Program-made: the position numbers and the translations under genes | Part shown: piece by piece, positions 15,601 through 24,000 of the stretch | How the letters are laid out: each line of letters begins with the position of its first letter | Position numbering within the stretch: the stretch's first letter is position 1 | Assembly: GCA_013114725.1 (NCBI GenBank) | Contig: QCWD01000005.1 | Span: 1,672 to 25,671 of the forward strand | DNA from: Nitrososphaeraceae archaeon | GTDB lineage: Archaea; Thermoproteota; Nitrososphaeria; Nitrososphaerales; Nitrososphaeraceae | DNA: 24,000 nt | Reading direction: 5' to 3' | The notes under the pieces: model-generated | The model's input: only the letters and a program-made list of their open reading frames with translations | The model's database searches: none | Told to the model about the DNA's origin: nothing

Positions 15601-17343
15601 CTATTTGTGTGTCATTATTGCGGTACTTGCATCGTCTACCCTACAAAAACCCATTCTAACAAATTGGATTCTATCATCAGGTTCTAATAAATTTATATGA
15701 GATTCACAAAAACCGGTTAATGTTACTAAACTATCTTCATTGAATTTTTCATTTTTAAACAAAATATCTGGAACTAGTATACTATAATCTACACACCCGC
15801 CATCCGAAACCCATTGAATCTTGGGAATATCTCGACGAATCTCTCTGTCTGTCATAAATGCGGTTAGAATTTTTTCTTTATCATCAATTTTATCTATTTT
15901 AATATTATAAAGTTCCATTAGTCTAATTTCATCACCTTTTTTTATTTTATTAAAATCATCATCTGCAATATAGAATATATTGTTAACATGAATTTCTCTG
16001 GAACCTAAACTGTCATTGTTTGGATGATTTTTTAATAAGATTTTTTCAGCTTCATTATTATTAATAAAAAGTTTGCACGGATTTTTTACGAAGAATAATC
16101 TGATTGAATCACTATCAACTATTTTTCTATTAAAAGATTCTAAGATTTCAAAAGAGGGTTTGGTTTCGGCAAGGGTTATTCCTAACGATAAAATAAATTT
16201 TCTTACCGCCTCTGCAGTAAATCCTCTCCTCTTTAATCCAATTAATGTAGGTAGTCTTGGATCATCCCATCTTGTTATTATATCATTTTCGATAAGTGGT
16301 TTTATCTTTCTCTTGGATACTGGCAGACCTTCGAATTCTAATCTAGAAAATTCAATCATCTCTGGTTTCCTTAGACTTAACTTATCAAGAATTTCAAAAT
16401 AAAGTTCATTCCTTAGTTCATATTCTTTTGTTCTCATGGCATGCGTTACTCCATCCAGACTGTCTTCTATTGGTGCTGCCAAGTCGTATGTTGGCCAGAT
16501 GTTATATTTATCTCCTAATAAAGGATGGGTATGATTAATTATTCTGAATAGTGTCGGATCCCTCATTGATGTATTTTGACTTTTCATGTCTCCTTTAAAT
16601 CGGACAACTGCCTGATTTTCATTGAAATTTCCATCGAAAAAATGATCAATTCTTTCAGGATAGTTATCCTGGTTTACTCTACAATCACATTCTTGCTGTA
16701 GAAATCTATTTTCTTTAATTTTATTTTGTACACAGATACAGACATAAGCATTTTTTTTAAGTACCAATTCTTTACCATATTTATAAATGATTTCTATATC
16801 GTCAGATGTATTTTTGATAAGATCAGGTTTTATGTTTAACCATTCTAGACCGTCTAATATTGCTTTGTAATATTCCAGTTTTTCGTTTGTAGGATTTGTA
16901 TCATCAAATCGCAATATGAGTTTTCCATTATACATTTTGGCATATTCCTCGTCTATAATTACGGCTTTGGCATGTCCAATATGTGGATATCCATTGGGTT
17001 CTGGTGGAAAACGAGTTACGACCAATCCAATTTTTGCATTCACCAAAGGTGGAAAATGAACGGTTTTTTTTGTGTCCTCCTTTTCTTTTTCTTTTTCAAA
17101 TAAAGGAAATAAATTTTCAAATAATTTTTTTTTCTCGATTAATGTCATATAACTTATTTCTTCAACAATTTTTTTTATCACAGGAATTATTTCTTTTATC
17201 TTCGATCTCATCTCTGGTTTTACTGCTATTAATCTGGATATTACTACATCTACCCTAGGTTTACCGTCATGTTCAAAAGCATTTTTAAGCACAATATGTT
17301 GTATTATACTTTTTAAATTGGAATCTCCATCAACTTCAACCAT
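15601..17343 (-). CDS. gltX: glutamyl-tRNA synthetase (archaeal type)
   Basis: 580 aa. RFPPEPNGYPHIGHAKA (HIGH), LRFDDTNP, and LPVSKRK (KMSKS equivalent of archaeal/eukaryal GluRS). Confidence 0.95.
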   Translation of the reverse strand: MVEVDGDSNLKSIIQHIVLKNAFEHDGKPRVDVVISRLIAVKPEMRSKIKEIIPVIKKIVEEISYMTLIEKKKLFENLFPLFEKEKEKEDTKKTVHFPPLVNAKIGLVVTRFPPEPNGYPHIGHAKAVIIDEEYAKMYNGKLILRFDDTNPTNEKLEYYKAILDGLEWLNIKPDLIKNTSDDIEIIYKYGKELVLKKNAYVCICVQNKIKENRFLQQECDCRVNQDNYPERIDHFFDGNFNENQAVVRFKGDMKSQNTSMRDPTLFRIINHTHPLLGDKYNIWPTYDLAAPIEDSLDGVTHAMRTKEYELRNELYFEILDKLSLRKPEMIEFSRLEFEGLPVSKRKIKPLIENDIITRWDDPRLPTLIGLKRRGFTAEAVRKFILSLGITLAETKPSFEILESFNRKIVDSDSIRLFFVKNPCKLFINNNEAEKILLKNHPNNDSLGSREIHVNNIFYIADDDFNKIKKGDEIRLMELYNIKIDKIDDKEKILTAFMTDREIRRDIPKIQWVSDGGCVDYSILVPDILFKNEKFNEDSLVTLTGFCESHINLLEPDDRIQFVRMGFCRVDDASTAIMTHK

Positions 17344-17346
17344 CTT

Positions 17347-18345
17347 TTATCTACTCCTTTTAACAATAAAATTTGCAATTTCAACCAATGTTTTTTTAGG
17401 TTCCAAATCTGGGTAATTTTGTATGGCTTTTTCAGCTATTTTCATATGACTAATAGCTTTTTTTCTGACTTTATCCTCTATCTGTAACGCGGATATTATT
17501 TTTACTGCGTTTTTTATTTTCTCAGAAGATGTTCTTTTTCCAAAAACATCTAAAATCGATTGCCTATCACCTTCATTCGCAGTATTTAATGCCAATAGGA
17601 TCGGATATGTTTTTTTACCTTCTCTTAAATCATTTCCTACTGCTTTTCCGGTAAATTTTGGATCCCCTACTATTCCAATGAGATCGTCAATTAATTGAAA
17701 AGCGATTCCAATGTTTTTTCCAAAATTGTCCATATTTTTGACATCCTTGTTTTTTGCACCTGAAGATAATGCTCCTAGTGCACACGAGGCCTGAAATAAT
17801 GCAGCAGTTTTTTTGTTTATCATATCAATATACTCAATTTCAGTTGGGAATTCTTTGTTTTTTGAAAAGGATACATCTAAAGCCTGACCTTCACAAACTT
17901 GAACGCAAGCATGAGACAATTTTGAAATCATTTGTACAATATTTTCATACGGTATCTTATTTTTCATACCTTGGTAAGAAATGACATGAAATGCCATTGA
18001 AAATAACGTATCTCCTGCTAAAATAGCTAATGGAAGTCCATACTTTCTATGCACTGTTTCTATATTGTGTCTAATCTCATCATTATCCATGATATCATCA
18101 TGCACGAGTGAAAAATTATGAATAAGTTCTACAGCGGCTGCAGCAGGAAGAGCCTTTAATCTACTTCCATTGAACATTTCACATGACTTTATTACCATTA
18201 ATGGTCTTAACCGTTTTCCTCCACTATGGATATAACTGGATGCTGCTTCATAAAGATCATCTGGTTTTCCATATAGTAATGAAATAATATATCTATTAAC
18301 TTGCTGACTATTTTTCTCAATTTTTTTGTGGAAATATGAGTTCAT
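17347..18345 (-). CDS. idsA: geranylgeranyl diphosphate synthase / polyprenyl synthetase
   Basis: 332 aa. First Asp-rich motif LVHDDIMDND, second FQLIDDLIGIVGD, and GKRLRP. The start overlaps the fni stop by 4 nt. Confidence 0.93.
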   Translation of the reverse strand: MNSYFHKKIEKNSQQVNRYIISLLYGKPDDLYEAASSYIHSGGKRLRPLMVIKSCEMFNGSRLKALPAAAAVELIHNFSLVHDDIMDNDEIRHNIETVHRKYGLPLAILAGDTLFSMAFHVISYQGMKNKIPYENIVQMISKLSHACVQVCEGQALDVSFSKNKEFPTEIEYIDMINKKTAALFQASCALGALSSGAKNKDVKNMDNFGKNIGIAFQLIDDLIGIVGDPKFTGKAVGNDLREGKKTYPILLALNTANEGDRQSILDVFGKRTSSEKIKNAVKIISALQIEDKVRKKAISHMKIAEKAIQNYPDLEPKKTLVEIANFIVKRSR

Positions 18346-19424
18346 TTTTTAACCCTTTCTGCTAATTCGTTTGTTAATATATATCTAGATTTTGACAAAT
18401 CAGAAATTCTAGGAGCGCCTATCAAAAACATTGTACTTTTTATTTCACCAATAATTTTGTTAAAAAATACAAACAAGTATCTTTCTGATCTGATCGCTGC
18501 TTTCAAAAATGGAAATGCCATTGCTGATGTGTTAGCACCTATTACCATACATTTGACAATTTCTAATCCATTTCTTAATCCACCAGATGCTATTATGGGA
18601 ATTTTAGATACGCTTCTTACTTCTAAAATACTCTGGGCGGTAGGTATCCCCCAATCCCAAAATAGATCACCCAAACTTTCTTTATTCTCGTTTCTCTGCA
18701 TTTCAGCTCTGATTTTTTCTACTCCTGCCCAACTCGTTCCACCAGCACCAGAAACATTTAATGCAGAGATTTTCGTTGACTCTAACCTCATAGCCACATC
18801 GCTTGAGATGCCTGCCCCTGTTTCTTTTATTATTACTGGAATGGAAATTTTATCTGAGATCTCCCTTATCCTTTGTAAAATTCCTTTGTATTTTGGTTCA
18901 CCTTCAGGTTGAATCAACTCTTGCAAAGGATTAAGATGGATGGCAAGAGCATTTGCATCTATCATTTCAATTATTCTTGCGACATCTTCAAACTTCATTC
19001 CATTAGAAAGCTGCGCCCCACCAATGTTTGCAATCAAAAAAGCATTTGGTGCATTTTTTCTTGCAATGGAATATGTGCCTTTGAGAATGTCACTTCTTAA
19101 TCCTGCTCTCTGACTTCCTAATCCCATTGGGATATTGCATTTTTCTGCAAGTTTGCCCAGTCTACCATTAATTTTTTCAGCTTCAGGAGTACCTCCAGTC
19201 ATCGCGTCAATAATTAAAGGAGCATCAAATTCAAATCCTAGAAATTTTGTTTTAATATCTATTTCATCAAAATTCAATTCAGGCAATGAATTATGTACGA
19301 GATTTACATATTCGAGAAAAGTAGAAACATTTTTTGCTTGCACATTTCTTTTAAGGGGTATGTAGATTCCATCTTTTTTTCTCTGAATTATAATATCAAG
19401 TTCTTTTTTTTCAGATTTTGACAT
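18342..19424 (-). CDS. fni: isopentenyl-diphosphate delta-isomerase, type 2 (FMN-dependent)
   Basis: 360 aa, TIM-barrel type IDI-2. Shows VIIKETGAGIS, SGAGGTSWAGVE and IASGGLRNG. Confidence 0.93.
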   Translation of the reverse strand: MSKSEKKELDIIIQRKKDGIYIPLKRNVQAKNVSTFLEYVNLVHNSLPELNFDEIDIKTKFLGFEFDAPLIIDAMTGGTPEAEKINGRLGKLAEKCNIPMGLGSQRAGLRSDILKGTYSIARKNAPNAFLIANIGGAQLSNGMKFEDVARIIEMIDANALAIHLNPLQELIQPEGEPKYKGILQRIREISDKISIPVIIKETGAGISSDVAMRLESTKISALNVSGAGGTSWAGVEKIRAEMQRNENKESLGDLFWDWGIPTAQSILEVRSVSKIPIIASGGLRNGLEIVKCMVIGANTSAMAFPFLKAAIRSERYLFVFFNKIIGEIKSTMFLIGAPRISDLSKSRYILTNELAERVKK

Positions 19425-19436
19425 AATTATGACACT

Positions 19437-20213
19437 TTATATTCCTCTAAATGTTGTTCCTATAAAATCTTCACCTGTTATTGCACGTTTTACCTCCAAA
19501 GGTTTCAACCCATTGACAAATATTACCTCTAACCCATACGATGTGATGGATAATGCTTCTTTGACTTTTCTTTTCATACCTCCGGTAACATCTACGTCAG
19601 TTTTTTTATTATCTTTAAAATTTACAAGACTCAAATCTTTATTTTTAATTTCTTTTATTATCTTTTTTTCTTGTAAATTATAATATAATCCATCAACATT
19701 GACTACAAAAATATTTTTTTTTGGTTTTATTTTTTTTGCTATCAGGCTCATTATGGAATCGCCAGATAATATTGAATAATTATTGTATTTATGATGAATT
19801 ACATCTCCAAAAGTTATTGGAATTATACCATGTTTTGTCATTTCTGATATTTCATATATTTTCTCATTTTGAGGTTTTCCATCTTTCATAAAAACCATAG
19901 GTGGAAATGAATATACATTAACCCTAGATTGAATAAAAATATTGGTAATTATCTGGTTTAATGCAATCATTGACTCATGAACAATTGCTATTCCATATGG
20001 GTCATATGGTTCTGGCTTTGTATGCATATCATATTTGACCGACCAATAATGTCCAAATGATCCTCCACCATGCACGATAATCATTTTTTTGTTTAGTGTT
20101 TTTATTTGCTTAACAATTCTTTTAATTGCCTCTGAATTAGGTGTTAATGGATTATCCTTTTTTGTAATTACCGACCCGCCTAATTTTATTAAAATTATAT
20201 CATTTTCTTCCAC
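19437..20213 (-). CDS. ipk: isopentenyl phosphate kinase
   Basis: 258 aa with a GTG start. Amino-acid-kinase fold motifs IKLGGSVITKK, VHGGGSFGH and VDVTGGM. Located between mvk and fni. Confidence 0.92.
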   Translation of the reverse strand: MEENDIILIKLGGSVITKKDNPLTPNSEAIKRIVKQIKTLNKKMIIVHGGGSFGHYWSVKYDMHTKPEPYDPYGIAIVHESMIALNQIITNIFIQSRVNVYSFPPMVFMKDGKPQNEKIYEISEMTKHGIIPITFGDVIHHKYNNYSILSGDSIMSLIAKKIKPKKNIFVVNVDGLYYNLQEKKIIKEIKNKDLSLVNFKDNKKTDVDVTGGMKRKVKEALSITSYGLEVIFVNGLKPLEVKRAITGEDFIGTTFRGI

Positions 20214-20249
20214 AGATAAGAGTTTTACATAGCTGATTTAAATATTGAT

Positions 20250-21236
20250 TTATAAACTATCAATCTTTTTAAATACTAATCCATTATTGTCTATTCTTAC
20301 CGGAAATACGTCATAGCCTTGTTTTTTTATTATTCTCTCAATTCTTTTTTTTTCGTCACTTGGAACTAGTGAAATCACACTTCCACCGCCTCCAGCACCG
20401 GTTAATTTTGAACCAAAAACACCCGCTTTGTCTGATATTTTTATTATTCTCTCAATTGCTTTGTTTGTTACTCCAATTTGCTTTAGCAATTTATGATTTT
20501 CTTTCATTAACCTCCCTATTTCAACTTCATCACTCTTTTGAATTTTTTTCATTGCCTCATTACATATATCATAAGCTACTTTTTTTATTTGCAAGAATTG
20601 CATATTTTCTTTTTCACTGAACCTCTTTACTTTTTGTACCATCTTTTTGGTAGAATGTTTTATCCCTGTGTCTATTATCAAGAACGATAAATTATCTTTA
20701 TAATTTATTTTTTTGTATTTTTGATCTTTTATATAGTACACTAAACCACCAACAGTTGAAATTAAACAGTCTGCTCCAGATGAATATTTGTGAATTAGTT
20801 TTTCTGTTTCCATTGCATCAATATACACATTTTTTTTATTTGTCTTTTTAAATAACGATGATATAGCCGCAGTTGTTGCAACGCTAACTGCACCAGACGA
20901 ACCCAAACCTATTCCATTTGGAATTGCAGATTTTATTTTTATATCCAATCCCATATCTTGAATCATCCTCTGTTTAAATATCATTTTACAAGTAAACATA
21001 ATTGGATCGAAAAAGGATAATTTTCCATTTTTAAGTTCGAAATTTATTAGATCGGCGACATTTTTTTTATCATCCGACCGTATGTATATTTTGTTACTAT
21101 TTTGGATAACTTTGACAAATACATCCAGTCGAAGATCAACTGCCATTAATATTGCAGGGTTTCCATAAACTACAAAATGTTCTCCAAACAATATTATTTT
21201 TCCAGGCACGGAAGCAATTGATTCTCTTCTGTTCAC
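20250..21236 (-). CDS. mvk: mevalonate kinase
   Basis: 328 aa with a GTG start; a second GTG 9 codons in would give MPGKIILFGEH. GHMP-kinase motifs PGKIILFGEHFVVYG, PNGIGLGSSGAVSVA and KLTGAGGGGS. Confidence 0.93.
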   Translation of the reverse strand: MNRRESIASVPGKIILFGEHFVVYGNPAILMAVDLRLDVFVKVIQNSNKIYIRSDDKKNVADLINFELKNGKLSFFDPIMFTCKMIFKQRMIQDMGLDIKIKSAIPNGIGLGSSGAVSVATTAAISSLFKKTNKKNVYIDAMETEKLIHKYSSGADCLISTVGGLVYYIKDQKYKKINYKDNLSFLIIDTGIKHSTKKMVQKVKRFSEKENMQFLQIKKVAYDICNEAMKKIQKSDEVEIGRLMKENHKLLKQIGVTNKAIERIIKISDKAGVFGSKLTGAGGGGSVISLVPSDEKKRIERIIKKQGYDVFPVRIDNNGLVFKKIDSL

Positions 21237-21238
21237 TT

Positions 21239-22087
21239 CTATGTAAAAACCATCGAAACGTAGCTTATTACAGTTTCGCTTCTAGTCTCTATCGTTTTAT
21301 TATTATCGTGCTTTACTAGTATTCCTTTAGTGGCACCTAATGATTTTACAATTTTCATTACAGACGCGATAGCCCCGTATCCACATACAGAGCCATTAAT
21401 TTTTGAAATAATTTTATAGAAATGTTTGACATCTAAATTTTTTATCGCGTCTATTAATTCTACTGAATACATTCTTGCTGAAAATTCATTCTCATAATGC
21501 CCTAAATTTGATGTACCTACAACCATGATGTTGTCTGTATTTATCATTGCTTTTGATATAATATTTGAAAAATTCCTGACGTTTTTATGAGATTGGTCTA
21601 ACAATAAAATGGGCACGATTTTAATTTCATTTGTAAATATTGTTTGAATGAACGGTAACTGTACTTCTATTGTATGATCATTTTTAAACGGAATCAGCTC
21701 ATCAAAAATTTTTTTATTTCCTTCTTTAATTATTCTTTCTGTAATTTCTTTATTAATTTCAATATTTCCTAAAGGATTACTCCAAATACCTTGACTCATG
21801 ATAGAAATTTTATTTCCTATACCTTGATGATTTGTTCCAATAATGAGGATGTTTTTATTCCATTTATGAATTAAATGATTGTAGCCATAGGCGGCTACTA
21901 GACCAGAAAAAGTAAACGAGGCATGGGGAACCACTATTCCGTAAATTTTTGTTTTACTATGATCACTTATTTCTGATATAATTTGAGATTTATTTAACAG
22001 GTAAAAAATGTTTTTTTTTAATTCTTCTTTTTTTCGAGGGTAAAAGATGCCTTCAAAATGTGATGATCTGGTATAATTCGATTCCAT
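21239..22087 (-). CDS. MEMO1 / AmmeMemoRadiSam system protein B family protein
   Basis: 282 aa. IVVPHASFTFSGLVAA, IIGTNHQG and DHTIEVQLPF match the MEMO-like extradiol-dioxygenase-fold family. Its start codon directly abuts the rps2 stop, and its stop lies 2 nt before the mvk start. Confidence 0.85.
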   Translation of the reverse strand: MESNYTRSSHFEGIFYPRKKEELKKNIFYLLNKSQIISEISDHSKTKIYGIVVPHASFTFSGLVAAYGYNHLIHKWNKNILIIGTNHQGIGNKISIMSQGIWSNPLGNIEINKEITERIIKEGNKKIFDELIPFKNDHTIEVQLPFIQTIFTNEIKIVPILLLDQSHKNVRNFSNIISKAMINTDNIMVVGTSNLGHYENEFSARMYSVELIDAIKNLDVKHFYKIISKINGSVCGYGAIASVMKIVKSLGATKGILVKHDNNKTIETRSETVISYVSMVFT

Positions 22088-22813
22088 TCAAACTATTTCT
22101 TCTACCAACTTGGTTTCGAAGTCATCTAGAAGGACTGTCATTTCTTTGTCTGTTTTTATAGTGCCCTGTTTTTTCATAACTTCCCTTGCAAGAAGCCAGT
22201 ACACTGCCGCAAGAGCCTTTCTTCCCCTGTTGTTTGCTGGTATCACAAGATCTACCTTTGAAATTACATTATCACTATTAGAAATGGCTATGACAGGAAC
22301 ACCAGCTCTTGTCGCCTCAATGACAGCTTGTTGGTCTGCCTGTGGGTCAGTAACTATAACTATTTCTGGTTCCATATATTTTGGTAAAGATGGATTGGTA
22401 AATGTTCCTGGCATAAAGCGTCCTATTATTGGTATTGCACCAGTTAATCCGCAAAATCTTTCAACCGGGGTTTTACCATATTCTCTAGCCGATGTTACAG
22501 CTACCTTTGAAACATTTGCACGTCCAATAAATTTTGCAGCCACATCAATTCTTGATAAAGTTTTACTAATATCTAAGATGTAAAGACCTTCTGGATTAGC
22601 TCTTACAATATAAGGAGTCATAGATTTCGTTTTTACCGGAGTACCTACTCTTATACCGGTAGATAAAATCAATTTCTCAAGATTTTCTTGTTCAGACAGA
22701 ACTTCTGTTATGCCAACGCCACTACTACTATCAATATTTTCTATATTGTTTTCATTTTGTTCTGTGTCATTTGCAGAAACATCTATTTCATTAACATTGC
22801 CTGATAAACTCAT
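22088..22813 (-). CDS. rps2: 30S ribosomal protein S2 (uS2) with an acidic/Asn-rich N-terminal extension
   Basis: 241 aa. The core LILSTGIRVGT...VAVTSAREYG...GRFMPGTFTNP...IVIVTDPQADQQAV matches uS2. About 45 low-complexity residues precede the conserved core. The ATG lies 1 nt after the enolase stop. Confidence 0.93.
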   Translation of the reverse strand: MSLSGNVNEIDVSANDTEQNENNIENIDSSSGVGITEVLSEQENLEKLILSTGIRVGTPVKTKSMTPYIVRANPEGLYILDISKTLSRIDVAAKFIGRANVSKVAVTSAREYGKTPVERFCGLTGAIPIIGRFMPGTFTNPSLPKYMEPEIVIVTDPQADQQAVIEATRAGVPVIAISNSDNVISKVDLVIPANNRGRKALAAVYWLLAREVMKKQGTIKTDKEMTVLLDDFETKLVEEIV

Positions 22814-22814
22814 T

Positions 22815-24000
22815 TTAAGATACGTGCAGATCGGTTAGACCATTTATTAAATCATACTCATTGATTCTCAATAATTCATTCAACTTAGCTATTCTTTCTC
22901 CACCTAAAATTCCTGTTTTTAGCATTTTTGAATTAGTAGCAATGGCAATATGTGCTATGTGAGAATCGATCGATTCTCCAGACCTGTGAGATGTAATAAT
23001 ACCTATTTTATCATTCATGCATTCATTTGCAAATTCTAAAGCATCAAAAATAGTTCCAGCTTGATTTACTTTTAAAATTGCTCCACTACATGATTTAATT
23101 TTGCTTGCTATTTTAACTCTATTTTTATTTGTTACTAACATATCATCTCCGGTCACAAAACATTTTTTGTTCTTGGAATTTACGATACTCATACTTTGAA
23201 AATCCTCTTCATGGACAGGGTCCTCTGCATAAATTAAATCATAATCTTTTATCAATGAATTAACAAATTCAATCTGCTCCTCTGTAGTTCTATTAATTCC
23301 TTGCCTGCTGTAATGATACAGCTGTGTCTTTTCATTCCACAAAGAAGAACTTGCAAAATCTATTCCCATTGCAACATCTTTTTTTGTAAATCCCGAATTT
23401 GTAATAGCCTTTTCTACCACCTCAAATGCTTGTTCATTATTTATATTAGGGGCCCATCCTCCTTCATCCCCTCTTCCGTATGTAAATTTGTTGTCAATAT
23501 TTTCCAGTATTCTCATTACCTGTTTATGAACAATGAAATTCATTTCTAGTGCCTGAAAAATATTTTTTGCTCCTTTAGGACATACTAAAAATTCTTGAAT
23601 GTCTGGAGTACCAGGACCAGCATGTGCCCCTCCTCCCAAAACATTTCCTAGTGGAAAAGGAAATTTATACAAAGAATTTGGTTGAATTATTTTAAAAAAT
23701 GGTGTTTGCAATGCTTTTGATGCCGAATCAATAGATGCAATTGACAATGCATAAGCAACTGCTCCGCCAATTATCGAATACGTTTCTGTTTTATCAATTT
23801 CTCTTAAAACTTCATGCAAGATTCTTGGGTTTGTAGAATCTATTCCAATAAATTTTGATTTGTTGGAATTAAAATTTTCCAATGTTCTTTCCGGACTATT
23901 TTCCACAAAACTTTGAACTTCATTTTTTCCTACACTTGCCCCCGATGGTGCACACGCACGTCCCAAAAATTTAGAATCTGTTATAACATCAATTTCAATT
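22815..24000 (-). CDS. eno: enolase (phosphopyruvate hydratase), N-terminus beyond the right edge
   Basis: GRACAPSGASVG, the metal/catalytic blocks GIDFASS, YAEDPVHEEDF and VTGDDMLVTN, and SHRSGES are present. The frame stays open to position 24000 (..IEIDVITDSKFLGRAC..), so the TTG at 23966 used by the ORF track is not the true start. Confidence 0.95.
   Translation of the reverse strand, partial: IEIDVITDSKFLGRACAPSGASVGKNEVQSFVENSPERTLENFNSNKSKFIGIDSTNPRILHEVLREIDKTETYSIIGGAVAYALSIASIDSASKALQTPFFKIIQPNSLYKFPFPLGNVLGGGAHAGPGTPDIQEFLVCPKGAKNIFQALEMNFIVHKQVMRILENIDNKFTYGRGDEGGWAPNINNEQAFEVVEKAITNSGFTKKDVAMGIDFASSSLWNEKTQLYHYSRQGINRTTEEQIEFVNSLIKDYDLIYAEDPVHEEDFQSMSIVNSKNKKCFVTGDDMLVTNKNRVKIASKIKSCSGAILKVNQAGTIFDALEFANECMNDKIGIITSHRSGESIDSHIAHIAIATNSKMLKTGILGGERIAKLNELLRINEYDLINGLTDLHVS

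Noticed and set aside
626-23549. Antisense ORFs in the track that lie inside stronger genes: 626-934+, 2857-3087-, 3813-4130-, 6051-6248+, 7429-7662+, 7572-7892+, 7687-7878+, 8053-8244+, 8350-8727+, 9473-9691-, 9701-9889-, 12262-12459-, 14011-14304+, 14366-14575-, 16073-16402+, 16983-17258+, 17754-17984+, 18457-18912+, 18909-19100+, 19135-19365+, 19429-19683+, 20360-20620+, 22110-22583+, 23301-23549+
   Set aside because: Each is fully or largely embedded in, or opposite to, a gene with clear family motifs. Their translations are low-complexity Phe/Leu/Ile/Ser-rich, as expected from the reverse complement of Lys/Glu/Asn-rich AT-biased coding sequence. These are shadow ORFs.
23964-23966. TTG at 23966 as the enolase start codon
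   Set aside because: The frame remains open to the window edge and encodes the conserved upstream enolase strand (IEIDVITDSKFLGRA...). The gene is truncated by the window, not started here.
1-24000. CRISPR arrays, insertion sequences, integrases, prophage or toxin-antitoxin/defence modules
   Set aside because: No regularly spaced direct repeats or terminal inverted repeats were found. No ORF has transposase, integrase or nuclease hallmarks. The gene content is core housekeeping apart from the ycaO-tfuA locus.

Overview
A 24 kb stretch of a very AT-rich archaeal chromosome, about one-third GC by eye. The archaeal assignment rests on an archaeal/eukaryal-type TrpRS, split PheRS alpha/beta, ribosomal proteins L15e and S2, archaeal GluRS, and a mevalonate pathway with isopentenyl phosphate kinase and type-2 IDI. 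The gene content and composition fit a Nitrosopumilales-like (ammonia-oxidising Thaumarchaeota) genome, but that is an inference I cannot prove from the window. I support 27 protein-coding genes plus one tRNA-Ala(GGC). I saw no rRNA, CRISPR array, transposase or integrase. Most of the window is housekeeping: (1) divergent trpS / pheS-pheT; (2) L15e, a 2-hydroxyacid dehydrogenase and RidA; (3) Nudix hydrolase, a B12-domain-like radical SAM enzyme and a ferredoxin-NADP reductase-like protein; (4) a nine-gene, almost gap-free minus-strand array eno-rps2-MEMO-like-mvk-ipk-fni-idsA-gltX-FAH. The region that deserves a second look is 4.7-7.3 kb. It holds a translationally coupled YcaO-TfuA pair, the peptide-backbone thioamidation machinery known from methanogen MCR maturation and thioamitide RiPPs. 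Divergently transcribed beside it is a 62-codon ORF whose sequence closely mimics nitrile-hydratase-like leader peptides (NHLP). A roughly 51% GC structured island lies just downstream of that ORF, and a 38-codon ORF abuts the tfuA stop codon. Together these suggest an undescribed archaeal thioamide-installing system with a small-peptide or protein substrate. Secondary observations: an exact C-x22-C-x6-C-x2-C motif in TrpRS, an unlisted 55-aa protein with four CxxC pairs, a MEMO-like gene embedded in the isoprenoid operon, and a class-B-like radical SAM enzyme of unknown substrate.
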